Notes: generated from the sequence alone by a model not told the origin. A stretch of 63,899 nt of DNA, filler included, from Craspedostauros australis (GCA_030167865.1; 18 parts of 18 records of this genome joined end to end with filler, not necessarily neighbours in it), one strand, 5' to 3'; shown: positions 1-11,763, counted from the whole stretch's first letter. Translations and numbers: made by a program.

Positions 1-80
1 GAATTCCAGTTGCATTGCATACAGGAGCCACCCATGGACGAAACACTGTTGCGGTGGTGATGTTGGTGTACCTGTTGTGG

Positions 81-114
81 TTGTGATTGTGATTGTGATT
101 GTGATTGTGATTGT
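81..114 (+). repeat. (GATTGT)n microsatellite
   Basis: About 5.5 direct copies of the hexamer, read directly. Confidence 0.9.
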
Positions 115-3100
115 AACAGGAACGAAGTGCTCTGTGGAGCAATGATCTCTGTGGAGAGTGTTGGGGTTGTGAGTTTTGTGTGCTCTGNNNNNNNNNNNNN
201 NNNNNNNNNNNNNNNNNNNNNNNNNNNNNNNNNNNNNNNNNNNNNNNNNNNNNNNNNNNNNNNNNNNNNNNNNNNNNNNNNNNNNNNNNNNNNNNNNNNN
301 NNNNNNGCGAATTTTGGGGGGAAAGCACCAATTATCCAAAAAAGAACAAAAATTCCATATTATTCCGTCGAGGATAAGAACTAGGCGGAAACAAGTGATT
401 TATGAATTAAACGCTATGGAATAGAGCCAATTATTGCATTTTGAACTGCCCCCCTAGCTTACTATGCGAGCTGCTACACGAGAACTCTCGGCGTGATGAT
501 CGTGAATCAAAACGCAACGCAGAACAAAGCGAACAGAGAAACGGACCGTCGACTGATTGAGAGTGGATCTGGCTGCTCTGCATGCTTCACATTGGAGAGT
601 CCGACTATCAGCCAAGCAAGTGAATGAAAGATGACGATGACAAAGGCGCAAAATCCCCACGGGATTGCCCAAGACATCTGCTGATTAATGATCTGTGCAC
701 CAACAGCACATCCACAAGAGAGCAGCGAGGACTCTGCAATCGTCAATCTCGTTCGAGCCGTCTGCAATGAGCTTTTGTGCTTTATGGGAGAATAGCGGTT
801 TGCGCTGCATGTTCGAGTGGCTCGCAGGTTGTCCAGATCGGTGTACCATCTGCATCACAAGTCAGACATGCTCTGCGGACATAGCATCATGCTCCAGCTC
901 ACAGGCTCGCAGAAGGGTATTGATCGTACTCGTAGCTCGTCGATTGGTACTATAGATCGTGGTCGCATCACTCGCGACGATAGTCAAATCTCACCCTATC
1001 TACGACGACGGTCCAACTGCGAAGAAAAGGGAATGGAGCTGCATCGTACTGCAATCAGCGATGCTCCCCCTGAAAGTCATGGAGAGATCGAGTAGAGAAC
1101 AGATCCATCCTGCAAGTGCAAGCCACCAGTCCGTTGGTTGGTCTTGTCGGGCATCTCCATCCTGGCATGTTCTTCCCCTATTCCGATTGCTGCCTGTTCG
1201 TTCGTCAGTCCTTCCTTTCATCCATTCTCCCCATGATGTGTCCATACCCGTATTCGTACCTCCCGTCGACTCCGACGGTCTTCATCTTGGTTGATCATGA
1301 CTCTTTCTTTTTGAAAAAGCGCCACTCCGTGAATGCCAAGTCCGCACCCCCACGATCGGTTCAAAATCCTGTCCTAAGAACCCTATCGACGATCTTGTTA
1401 ACCATTCGTGGTCATCCTCCCGTGCAAAGCAACCAAGATTGACGAAGGGTCTCCGTTTGAAGATGGGCTTGGCGTTACCAATACGGACACTCGTGCCATG
1501 CATGTTCATGTGGTATGATACCATGCGATCGGCAGAGGGGAAACCACGCGAGGAGGACAGCAAAGCAGGCTACTTCACTTCGCTCCGTTCTAATACTTTA
1601 CTGGAATAGTGGTTGACGCTGCCAACATTTGAAACTTTGTGAAGGGAGTTGACAGAACGGTCAATGGTGGGTCTGCGCAAGGACAACAAAGGTGCGAGTA
1701 TAGCAGATAATTGCATTGGCGGACTCTTCTCGACTGTAACACCGCTCGGCAGGTCGTACACACATGAAACCCACAAGGGAAGCGTCCAGATGGAAATCCA
1801 AATACAGATACACATGGCACCCAAAACGGACACAACAACTGACGCCACCGACGATAAGTTTCTGCATGGCGGAAGGTTGGACAAAAGGAATTGGGAAAGA
1901 GCAACGGTCACACCGGAGACGAAAATGAGAATGTCGCTGTCACATTGTGTGCGAGCGTGACGATAACACAATGGGTGAATCTGGCTGTTGTATCTATCTT
2001 ACGAATCGGGGGGAGTTGTTGAAGCGGCGATACATCGAGGTTGCTTGGACGATTTAGCCCGGCTCATTCCGTTAATTTGCATGTGGTTGATGTAAGTGAC
2101 TGTGAAACTCACGGCTTCGTGTCCGACGGCGTCCGTAAATAGTTGCTGAGTGACACAAGCCGCCGGGCGAGCACATGAAGGAGACTCCGCGATATTGAGG
2201 CTGAGCTATTAGGAGCGACACGCGGAAAAGTTGTGGAGCGTTCGCCTTTTTTGATTGAACAGAAGAAGTGACCGCGCGAGGTGCGCTATCCACGACTTGG
2301 CGATACATCGGCAACCAATCGTGTGATCGACGATGACCATGTCCGCGGATTGGATGGAGAGATGGCGGGACATCCACAACGAAATGTTTCTCTGACGCAC
2401 CTTCGCGACCAGAGGGAGTATCCGAACAGGGGAGGAAGGAAAACAGTCAGAGGAAGGCAACGAGAGTGCGGCAAGAGACGAAACAGCGCTAGCAAGAATC
2501 GAAGCAGGTGGCAGGGGAGGCATGCAAACACGAAGAAGCAAGGCACCAAGAGAAGAACGAAGCAACGAGGGGAACGAAAGAAGGAGAAATCCGCGGCGGA
2601 CTCAAGCAAAAGCGAATTCAGTTGCGGTCGTTGATGACGATTTGAATACGAATCGATGTGTTGCGGAGTGCAATTGTTCGAGAGAGGCATAGTACTCGCG
2701 GTCCATTCGTATAATCACCTACCAATACACCCAAGAATTGGTCGTGCTCGAGAGCTCCTTTGCATCCTTTCCCTTTTTCTCTGTGGGTGGTACCATCCAT
2801 ACTTGCACGATCGCGAGCGCATAAACACCCTCCACGCTTGTGCGCGTAAACGGAAGCTGTCCATCCTCGCGCCGTACGAGCTGCACACACAAACGACGAC
2901 AGAGGTGCATGATCGTGCCAAATAGACGATAGTCCACTGAGAGGCACACATCGGTGGCGGAATAATTGCAATCCACCACAAATCTGGACTTACGGCAGCC
3001 ACAAATACAAAGGCGTACAAACACAAAAGCGCACAAATACAAATACACACACAAGCCGCCCCTTCCCTCCCAACCGCAACGAGAAGAAGCAGCAAGGTGG

Positions 3101-3380
3101 AAACTGGTCGACATCGGATCGACAAAGAAAGCAAGCTCACAGCGAACACAGCAGAACGGGGCTTTCCACGTCGAGGAACGGCATCACTGAGCTCGAGACA
3201 GGGACGGGAGCCGACGTTAAGACGCTGCACCTCCGCAGGCATCCCTGTAGGCATCCAAAGTGATCACTCCACCACCATTCAATTGGAATTCCATTGTCTC
3301 GACCCTCATCACCAACCGACAGTACCAACCGACAGTACCAACCGACAGGAACAACCGACAGCAACAATAGGAACGACGGG

Positions 3381-5605
3381 ATGAAGTTATACGTCCCCAA
3401 CTCGTTCGGCCTCGTGGCTCTGCTGATACTCAAGCTCACCTCGGAATCGGCAGATGCTCGAGTCTACACACTCTCACACGACAATCAAGACCATCGTCAA
3501 GACCATCAGCACCATCACCATCACCAACAAGCGCAACAGCAGCAGGTGCAACAGCAGCAAGTGCAGCACCAACCACAACACCTTCAAGATGAAGACGAGC
3601 TGACCGAGGTTTTCGCGCACCGTCAGATCTCCCGACGCTCCTTGAAGGTGTACGAAGGCAAGGGTGATGATGGCAAGGGATACATGTTCGAGGATGATCT
3701 CATCGCCACCTCGGACGAGGGCGAGGGCAAGGGTGGCAAAGGAGACGACAACTCACATGACGGAAAAGGCAAGGGCGACATGGGTTCTCATGACGTCGAT
3801 GTCAGCTCTGGCGACGGAAAAGGAAAGGGCAAGGGCAAGGGCGACACAACGCCCAGCGATGGAAAAGGAAAAGGAAAGGGCGACACAACGCCCAGCGATG
3901 GCAAAGGAAAAGGCAAGGGCGACACAACGCCCAGCGATGGAAAAGGAAAAGGCAAGGGCGACACAACGCCCAGCGATGGAAAAGGAAAAGGCAAGGGTAA
4001 AGGCGACGCAAGTTCGCATGATGGAAAGGGCAAGGGCAAGGGCGGGAAAGGAGATGGAAAGGGCAAGGGCGAGGGCGGGAAAGGAGATGGAAAGGGAGGC
4101 AAGGGCGACATCAGTTCTAGCGATGGAAAGGGGGGTAAAGGAGACAAATCCGACAAGAGCGGAATTGTAGACCCCAGCTCAGATGATGGCAAGGGCAAAG
4201 GCAAAGGCAAGGGCGACAAGTCAAACAAGAGCGGAAAAGGAGATGGAAAGGGAGGCAAGGGCGACAAGTCAGACAAGACCGGGAAAGGAGATGGAAAGGG
4301 AGGCAAGGGTGACGCCAGCTCTAGCGACGGAAAAGGAAAGGGTAAGGGCAAGGGCAAGGGAGACGGTAGCTCACATGATGGAAAGGGCAAAGGAAAGGGC
4401 AAGGGCGACGCCAGCTCTAGCGACGGAAAAGGAAAGGGCAAGGGCAAGGGCGACACCAGCTCTAGCGACGGAAAAGGAAAAGGTGGAAAGGGAGACAAAT
4501 CTGACAAGAGTGGAAAGGGAGATAACACCTCCAGCGATGGAAAGGGTCAGGGCAAGGGCGGAAAGGGCGACACCAGCTCCGACGATGGCAAAGGAAAGGG
4601 TAAGGGAGGAAAGGGAGATAACACCTCCAGCGATGGAAAGGGCAAGGGCAAGGGCAAGGGCAAGGGAGGAAAGGGCGACAAGGCAAGCAAGAGCGGAAAG
4701 GGAGGAAAGGGCGACACCAGCGACGATAGAAGTGGCAGTGGACCCCCAGTCGATCTCGGCACAGACCCTCCAGCCTCCTCACCCAGCACTATGCCTGCCA
4801 CGCCCACTGGAGGATCCAGTAACAAGTCAAGCAAGAGCCCGAGTCCAACTCCTTCTGGAGACAGAAGCGGCAGTGGTCCTCCAGTCGACCTCGGCACTGA
4901 CCCTCCAGCCTCCTCACCCCATGCCACGCCAAGCTCTAGTGACGGAAAGGGCAAAGGAAAGGGCAAGGGCAAGGGAGGAAAGGGTGATACCAGCTCTGGT
5001 GACGGCAAAGGAAAGGGCAAGGGCGGAAAGGGCGACACCAGCTCCGACGATGGCAAAGGGAAGGGTAAGGGAGGAAAGGGAGATACCAGTTCCAGCGATG
5101 GAAAGGGCAAGGGCAAGGGAGGAAAAGGAGACAAGGCAAGCAAGAGCGGAAAGGGGGGCAAGGGAGGAAAGGGCGACACCAGCGACGATAGAAGTGGCAG
5201 TGGTCCTCCAGTTGACCTCGGCACTGACCCTCCAGCCTCCTCGCCCAGCACCATGCCTGTCACACCCACCAGAGCTCCCAGTACCAAGGCAAGCAAGAGC
5301 CCGAGTCCAACTCCTTCTGGAGACAGAAGCGGCAGCGGTCCTCCAGTCGATCTCGGCACGGACCCTCCAGCCTCCTCTCCCAGCACCATGCCTGCCACAC
5401 CCACCAGAGCTCCCAGTACCAAGGCAAGCAAGAGTCCGAGTCCAACTCCCTCCGGAGACAGAAGTGGCAGTGGTCCTCCAGTCGATCTCGGCACGGACCC
5501 TCCAGCCTCCTCTCCCAGCACCATGCCTGCCACAAGCTCTGACGACGGTAAAGGAAAGGGCAAGGGTAAAGGAAAGGGCGGAAAAGGAGACAAGTCAAGC
5601 AAGAG
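3381..5605 (+). CDS. Secreted Gly/Lys/Ser/Asp-rich silaffin-like (cell wall or adhesive) protein, 3'-truncated by contig end
   Basis: ATG at 3381 gives a hydrophobic signal peptide (MKLYVPNSFGLVALLILKLTSESADA), an H/Q-rich pro-region and an RXL site (RRSL, 3633-3644). Then follow GKGKGKG and KxxK repeats (KSGK, KSSK, KASK) and five DRSGSGPPVDLGTDPPASSP P/S/T-rich repeats. ORF is open into the gap. Confidence 0.75.
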
Positions 5606-5705
5606 NNNNNNNNNNNNNNNNNNNNNNNNNNNNNNNNNNNNNNNNNNNNTTAATTAATTAANNNNNNNNNNNNNNNNNNNNNNNNNNNNNNNNNNNNNNN
5701 NNNNN
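5606..5705. other. Artificial contig spacer N44-TTAATTAATTAA-N44 (first of 17)
   Basis: The same 12-mer, with stops in all six frames, sits in N runs at 5650, 8179, 9751, 10983, 15556, 17392, 40515, 42981, 45104, 47201, 49863, 51401, 53449, 54664, 59313, 60556 and 61734. Assembly artefact, not biology. Confidence 0.98.
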
Positions 5706-5740
5706 ACAGCGCGAGCCCAGTCACCCATTGCGCCACCAAC

Positions 5741-6308
5741 TTGGCGCGTTACAGGCGAACAGAGAGGCATAGCAAACTTAAGCTGAACTCTGGTGCTCAC
5801 CTGAGAGAGGATGACTACAGTTCGTCCGATGACGAGTGCACATTTTCCCGTCCTGCTCCTGTTCGCATGACGATTGCTCGTGGTCGCAAAGCTACCGGAT
5901 CAGGGCATTCTGCAAAGGTAAGTGTTGTCAATACCGGTTTCGTCTTCTGTTCTTCACAACTCCCACTTGTTCACTCACACATCCTTGCGTTGTTGCTTTT
6001 TCACTGCGCAGTACGCTCGTCAACCATCTCGTGTGACTGTTGGTTCGATGGACATGCCTGCTCGTGCTTCCCGCCGCGCGGCTGCTCGCAGACGTGCTCG
6101 TCACGCTGATATTCCTGACCCCGTCGTGGTGCCTTCCACTGTTCTCTCCAGCGCCAGCAACCAGCGTTGCACCAAAGTCAGGCGCAGGAAGCGTGTGCCC
6201 GAGTTGATTAAGATTGACTGCGAGTCAGACAGCGACGGCCAGGAGGAGGTCAACCTGCCATCGGCGAGCCTCAAGAGTGAGGGGGACGAGACCACACAGA
6301 CTGAGTAA
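5741..6308 (+). CDS. Possible spliced hypothetical protein (low complexity, R/S/D-rich)
   Basis: An AAG|GTAAGT donor near 5918, a pyrimidine-rich tract and a GCAG|TAC acceptor near 6011 join ORFs 5741.. and 5922..6308 (SAK|YARQ). No recognisable domain, and the start is uncertain (TTG). Confidence 0.25.
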
Positions 6309-8456
6309 GAGTGGAGCAAGTCCCATGCAGCACGAACAACCAACATAACATAACTAGTGACCAACCGTAATACCATGTTCACACTACGTCGATGAACTGT
6401 CTATGGGAGTACCTTCTAGATTGTGAACATGTTATACGATGACTACTTGGACTACCAATGGAGTCCCATCGGAAAACGACGCCGAAAACGTATTTACCGC
6501 GCTTCCCAAGACATGGAGGGAGAAGTGTTCGCACGGACCGACTAAATGTAGCGTCGTGGATGTGACCCTTCGAACTACCCATTGCATTGTAGATCGTGCG
6601 CGTTTCTCGCCAAGTATCTTGCCAGGAGAGATTGTCCCGAGGAGCATTCCTCAGTCATTCACTATGGTCCTCCCGCCTGCAACAAGTGATTGCGACATCT
6701 CTGGTGTTGGTCTTGGTCCCTTGGTTGATGTGGAGCAACTTGGTGACTCGTGCTCCGCGGATCTTGACCAAGAATGAAATGAGATCCAACCAGCTTAACC
6801 AGCCCATGATGCACCTCGCTCGTACCATGCTGTCCCGTCCGCGGCATGAGACCTTCGCATACGAGCTACACTCGCCTTGCGCCCGAAGAGCAAGAGAGAG
6901 ACAGAGGGAGCGAGAGCGCGCAGAACAGGGACGCTCTCTGACCAGGCTGATGTCATCGTTGCTTCGCATGGCACCACACATGCAGCTTGGCCACACAACC
7001 CGCACGAATTGAGAACTACGCTTTCCCCTTGGCTCAATCCGTCTCGGTTCTGTTCTGTTCTGCACTGCATGGTGTTGCGGTCGCAGACCGCCCGCCCATG
7101 ACGATCGTCGATCGGCAGGAGCATCCGGGATGAGGCACCATGGCGAACAAGTCATGCCGGCACCACAGAGACCCTCTGAATCGCTTTTGCCTCGTGAGTC
7201 CATGACATCGAGTCTACCCATGCCAGATACAGATCTACGATGCCTTCTCGTAATGCCTGCTGGGGCAGGTACTGATGGAGCGATCGCGTCAGCTCTCTTT
7301 GTTCTGTTTGGGAATGTCGTTTGTATCCAAATTCTGGGAGGGTGCAGATTGTGTTCTGCAACTGTCTTGGTTGTGGTTGCGGTTGCAGTCGGGGGAGTGG
7401 TTGATACCGTGCGTGTAGAGCCAGTTTTTTTTGTCAAAAAGAAGAGCCTCGGCACCATAGATCGTAATTGCACGTGTGCTAGTGCGTGTGCTAGTGCGTG
7501 TCCATGGTAGTAATAGAGGGGTTCGAGTGGCCCCAGAACTTGGGTACTGGGACACGCCGGGCTGTCCGAATTCCAGGGGGAGCCCCGCTATTGAAACTTG
7601 TCTGGGCGCAATGGAGACAGCCACTTTCGTGGGGATTTAGGTCTTTGCAATGCCCTAGTGACGTCACGATTCGCTTTCTTCCTTCCCTGTTTCCCACACT
7701 GTTTCGTCAAACTGTTTGTTTCCTCATGGTACCAACATAGTTTTTCGCATTTTTGCCCAATCTGAACCAAAATGATTGATTCGATTGTCCAAATCTCTCT
7801 CTTTTTGCATCTCCTGTACGCGAATCATCGCATGATTCTTGTCTNTTCTTGTTTNTTTCTGTCAAAACANTNNNCACTGTTCAAAAATAAGGACGATAAT
7901 GCCAAAACTTGAGTACTTTGATCTGTGGTCTATTCGCGTTGTTGGCAANGAGGAGGAGCGTTGGTTTCTTGTGTGGCAATCCATGCTCAACTCTCAACAC
8001 AACTCATTCAGAAACTCGTTGACAACACTGCCAATTGACACTACCTCCTTCCTCCCTTCCTTCCAAGTCAACTTCATCTGCAGAGCAAGTATGTAGCTCA
8101 TGTGGAAGTGGGATCGAGAGTGGAAGAAGAAGCANNNNNNNNNNNNNNNNNNNNNNNNNNNNNNNNNNNNNNNNNNNNTTAATTAATTAANNNNNNNNNN
8201 NNNNNNNNNNNNNNNNNNNNNNNNNNNNNNNNNNTTGGTTGTGGCTGGAGCCGAGTTGTCGGAGGCAGACTCAAGCCACAAGATCGTTCAGACCAATGAA
8301 AACACTCAAATCATCTGCGTGTCGCGATGAACGATCTCTCCCATTCGTTGTGCTTCGACAGATGTCCAAACAGTCATTGATCTTTTCGATGATCTTCATC
8401 GTAGTCGCATCAGTCGAAGATTCTCATTTCAACGATGTCGCACAAACCAGAACCAG

Positions 8457-8724
8457 AGAGGACCATGCGACCAAGGGAAGGAGAACCATGCGATCAAGAG
8501 AAGGAGAGGACCATGCGATCAAGGGAAGGGGAGGACCATGCGATCAAGGGAAGGGGAGGACCATGCGATCAAGGGAAGGAGAGAACCATGCGATCAAGAG
8601 AAGGAGAGGACCATGCGATCAAGAGAAGGAGAGGACCATGCGATCAAGGGAAGGAGAGGACCATGCGATCAAGGGAAGGAGAGGACCATGCGATCAAGGG
8701 AAGGAGAGGACCACGCGATCAAGA
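8457..8724 (+). repeat. 25-nt minisatellite, about 11 copies (GACCATGCGATCAAGGGAAGGAGAG)
   Basis: The CCATGCGA core recurs at 8463, 8486, 8511, 8536, 8561, 8586, 8611, 8636, 8661, 8686 and 8711 (last copy CCACGCGA), with only A/G-type variants and no unique spacers. Confidence 0.95.
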
Positions 8725-8966
8725 CAATGACACACACCACTCAACCCCATACTCGAGCACATCAACGGCAGACATCGAATTGCCACTCATACTCATCACA
8801 CAGCGTATGGTACTCATAATAATACAAGCTATTGAAGACGCACCATCGATATCTCTGCCAAGGGTAACTCGAGCTACACTCTTCCTCGACAGCCAATCCG
8901 TCGCCAATCGTCCAACGTTCAACGTCCAACGTCAATCGTCCAGCAACCATCCACTATCCTCTCAAA

Positions 8967-9706
8967 ATGCCGAATGTTACAATCGATGAACTCATTGATG
9001 CTTCCTTCATAGGCAACTTGTCGGTGTTGAAAGAATGGAAGAAGCAGAACCAGACGCAGAATGAAGGAGTTGACATCAACTGCAAATACATCCTTGGTGC
9101 CACTCTCCTTCATGTGGCATGCTTGACCGGCCAGCTGGAGTGTGTGAAGTACCTCATCGAATCATGCAGGGCTGACATCAACTGCAAAGACGACAATGGT
9201 TCCACTCCCCTTCATGACGCATGCTCCAACGGCCAGCTGGAGTGTGTGAAGTACCTCATCGAATCATGCAGGGCTGACATCAACTGCAAANNNNNNNNNN
9301 NNNNNNNNNNNNNNNNNNNNNNNNNNNNNNNNNNNNAGCTGGAGTGTGTGAAGTACCTCATCGAATCATGCAGGGCTGACATCAACTGCAAAAACAACTC
9401 TGGTTCCACTCCCCTTCATGACGCATGCGCTACCGGCCAGCTGGAGTGTGTGAAGTACCTCATCAACTCATGCAGGGCTGACATCAACTGCAAAGACAGC
9501 AATGGTTCCACTCCCCTTCATTGGGCATGCCACAAAAGCGAGCTGGAGTGTGTGAAGTATCTCTTTGAATCATGCAGGGCTGACATCAACTGCGAAAACA
9601 ACTCTGGTTCCACTCCATGCTTCACCGGCCAGCTGGAGTGTGTGAAGTACCTCATCGAATCATGCAGGGCTGACATCAACTGCAAAGACAGCAATGGTTC
9701 CACTCC
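8967..9706 (+). CDS. Ankyrin-repeat protein with near-identical 34-aa repeats, 3'-truncated
   Basis: GSTPLHxAC..GQLECVKYLIESCRADINCK is repeated at least 6 times with a 102-nt period, after an N-cap MPNVTIDELIDASFIGNLSVLK. Confidence 0.93.
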
Positions 9707-9806
9707 NNNNNNNNNNNNNNNNNNNNNNNNNNNNNNNNNNNNNNNNNNNNTTAATTAATTAANNNNNNNNNNNNNNNNNNNNNNNNNNNNNNNNNNNNNN
9801 NNNNNN

Positions 9807-10938
9807 GGTGGGAAAAGTGAGACACCACCAGGAGGAGAATTTGTGAGCAAATCAACCCTCGCGAAACAACAAGCGAAAATCGAAGAATCGGTAACACAGA
9901 AACCGACGGAAACCAAGAGCGCGAGCGCACCAACAATGAAACAACGAATCAACATGGCGACATCAGCCAACGTGAACAAGCGACGCATCAAGGCGCCGAT
10001 GTTCAGTGGTGAACAGGAAGATTACAGCGCATAGGAGTCCCAAGCAAAGGCATACGCTCGTGCACAGAAGACGAGAGACGTGATGTTGGGCAAGACCAAG
10101 GTGCCAACAGTGAGTGAGATCGCGGCAGCCACCGGCGAGGCAAAGGAAGCGATGGAGGAAATCTACGAGCTGGGATGCGACTGCTTCAGTGATCTGATCC
10201 TCATGATGGATGCAGAGAAAGGAAAAGGCAAGCAGGCCATCCAGTACATCAACCAATGCGTCTCCGACGACTACCCCGAAGGAGATCCACACGCAGTGTG
10301 GAACGTTCTCGCGGAGAAGTTCCGTCCATCCGACGCAGTAACGAAGATCAAACTCAAGCGTCAGTTCAACAACGAAAATATGAAGAAAGACTCAGACCCC
10401 AACATATACATCACACGACTCGAGGGTCTACGATCACGTCTCCACGATGTCAAGTACACGATCACAGACGAAGAGATTATCATGCAGATCCTCAGCACGG
10501 TGAGCGTGGAATACAGAACCCACATCGTGAACTTCCAACACCAACTCACGTTCAATCCGGAACTGGTTACCATCAACACGATCAGAGGAGTACTCCGAAC
10601 AGCATACGCCACCCATCAAGGAGGCAAGGCGTACGTCGACGACTTCCAAGACAGTAACACGAAGGGCAACGACACCAGCTTCACAAGCACCGGTAACTTC
10701 AAGGGCACCTGTCACAACTGTGGTGTGTATGGTCACAGATCCGCCGATTGCCCAGAACGCAAGAAATTGAACAACAAGAAAAACAACAACAACAAGATGA
10801 ACGGAAAGCGCAACAACAACCGCAACAAAGGAAGCGGCTTCAACAGGAAGTGCGACTACTGTGGCATCTTCGGACACCGCGAGGCGGAGTGCCGAAAGAA
10901 GAAGTTCAACGAGAAGAAGAAGGCCGACGAGCAGGCCA
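9807..10938 (+). mobile_element. gag: Ty1/Copia gag fragment (family A, copy 1) with premature stop
   Basis: PMFSGEQEDYSA(W) gag N-terminus, a UBN2-like core (DPNIYITRLE..RL) and two CCHC knuckles (CHNCGVYGHRSADC, CDYCGIFGHREAEC). TAG at 10032-10034 where copy 2 has TGG. Confidence 0.9.
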
Positions 10939-11763
10939 NNNNNNNNNNNNNNNNNNNNNNNNNNNNNNNNNNNNNNNNNNNNTTAATTAATTAANNNNNN
11001 NNNNNNNNNNNNNNNNNNNNNNNNNNNNNNNNNNNNNNAATTCCCTCCAACTCTCTACAATTTGGTATCATGCATCCTTTCGTCCTTCCAACAGCCCCAT
11101 GGTTGAAGACACTGGATGTGCCAAGGAAGGTTCCACCCCTGTCGCCGTTCGGCTGTTCTGTCCGAACGTGTCCAGGATGCCGCGGGAGACAGTGCGCAAC
11201 CCAGTTGTCGTACAGATACCAACAGATGCCCCCGTCGCATACGCGCATTTTCCATTGCGTATGGGTACAAGTCGAGCGCAGGTGCTCATGCTTTCCATTC
11301 CTAGTCGTGCCTTGCTTGTGCCAAACGATGGATGGGATTGCACCCCAGAGTACGCAGCACACTATCTACGATGAGAGTAGACCACATGGAACAAAGACCA
11401 AAAACGTCTGGGTGGAGTATCTTTCTGCGCCTCCACAAACGCAAGGTCGGAACGCAAACATTGACGCACGTTTGGTGCATGTGCGTGTGCTTGTTGGGCA
11501 AAAGGGAGGGTGGATGACCCTCCTCGTTCCCCTCTCAGTCTTCTCGTTGTGTGTTGGTGCCCACCATGGCCGTGGGTTGCGCAGAACTGTTCTCAATTCA
11601 GGACAACCCTTGCGATGCATCAGCCTATGACACAAACGTGCACGTTGACACTGAGAGCGAGGAACCCACCAATGGTCCTGCAGCATAATCGCAACAGACA
11701 TCAGCATCATCAGCATCATCATCATTGATATATTAGTCTTTCTACGAACAAGCGGCCATCATC

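Noticed and set aside
3664..5661. Long overlapping ORFs (RARARA-rich and antisense PLPFP-rich)
   Set aside because: These are shadow frames of the GK repeat gene.
8457..8724. CRISPR array
   Set aside because: Units are head-to-tail with no unique spacers, there are no cas genes, and the context is eukaryotic.
11052..11075. LTR end plus Met-tRNA PBS (CTACA-ATT-TGGTATCA)
   Set aside because: Only 8 nt match, and no gag or other retroelement sequence follows.
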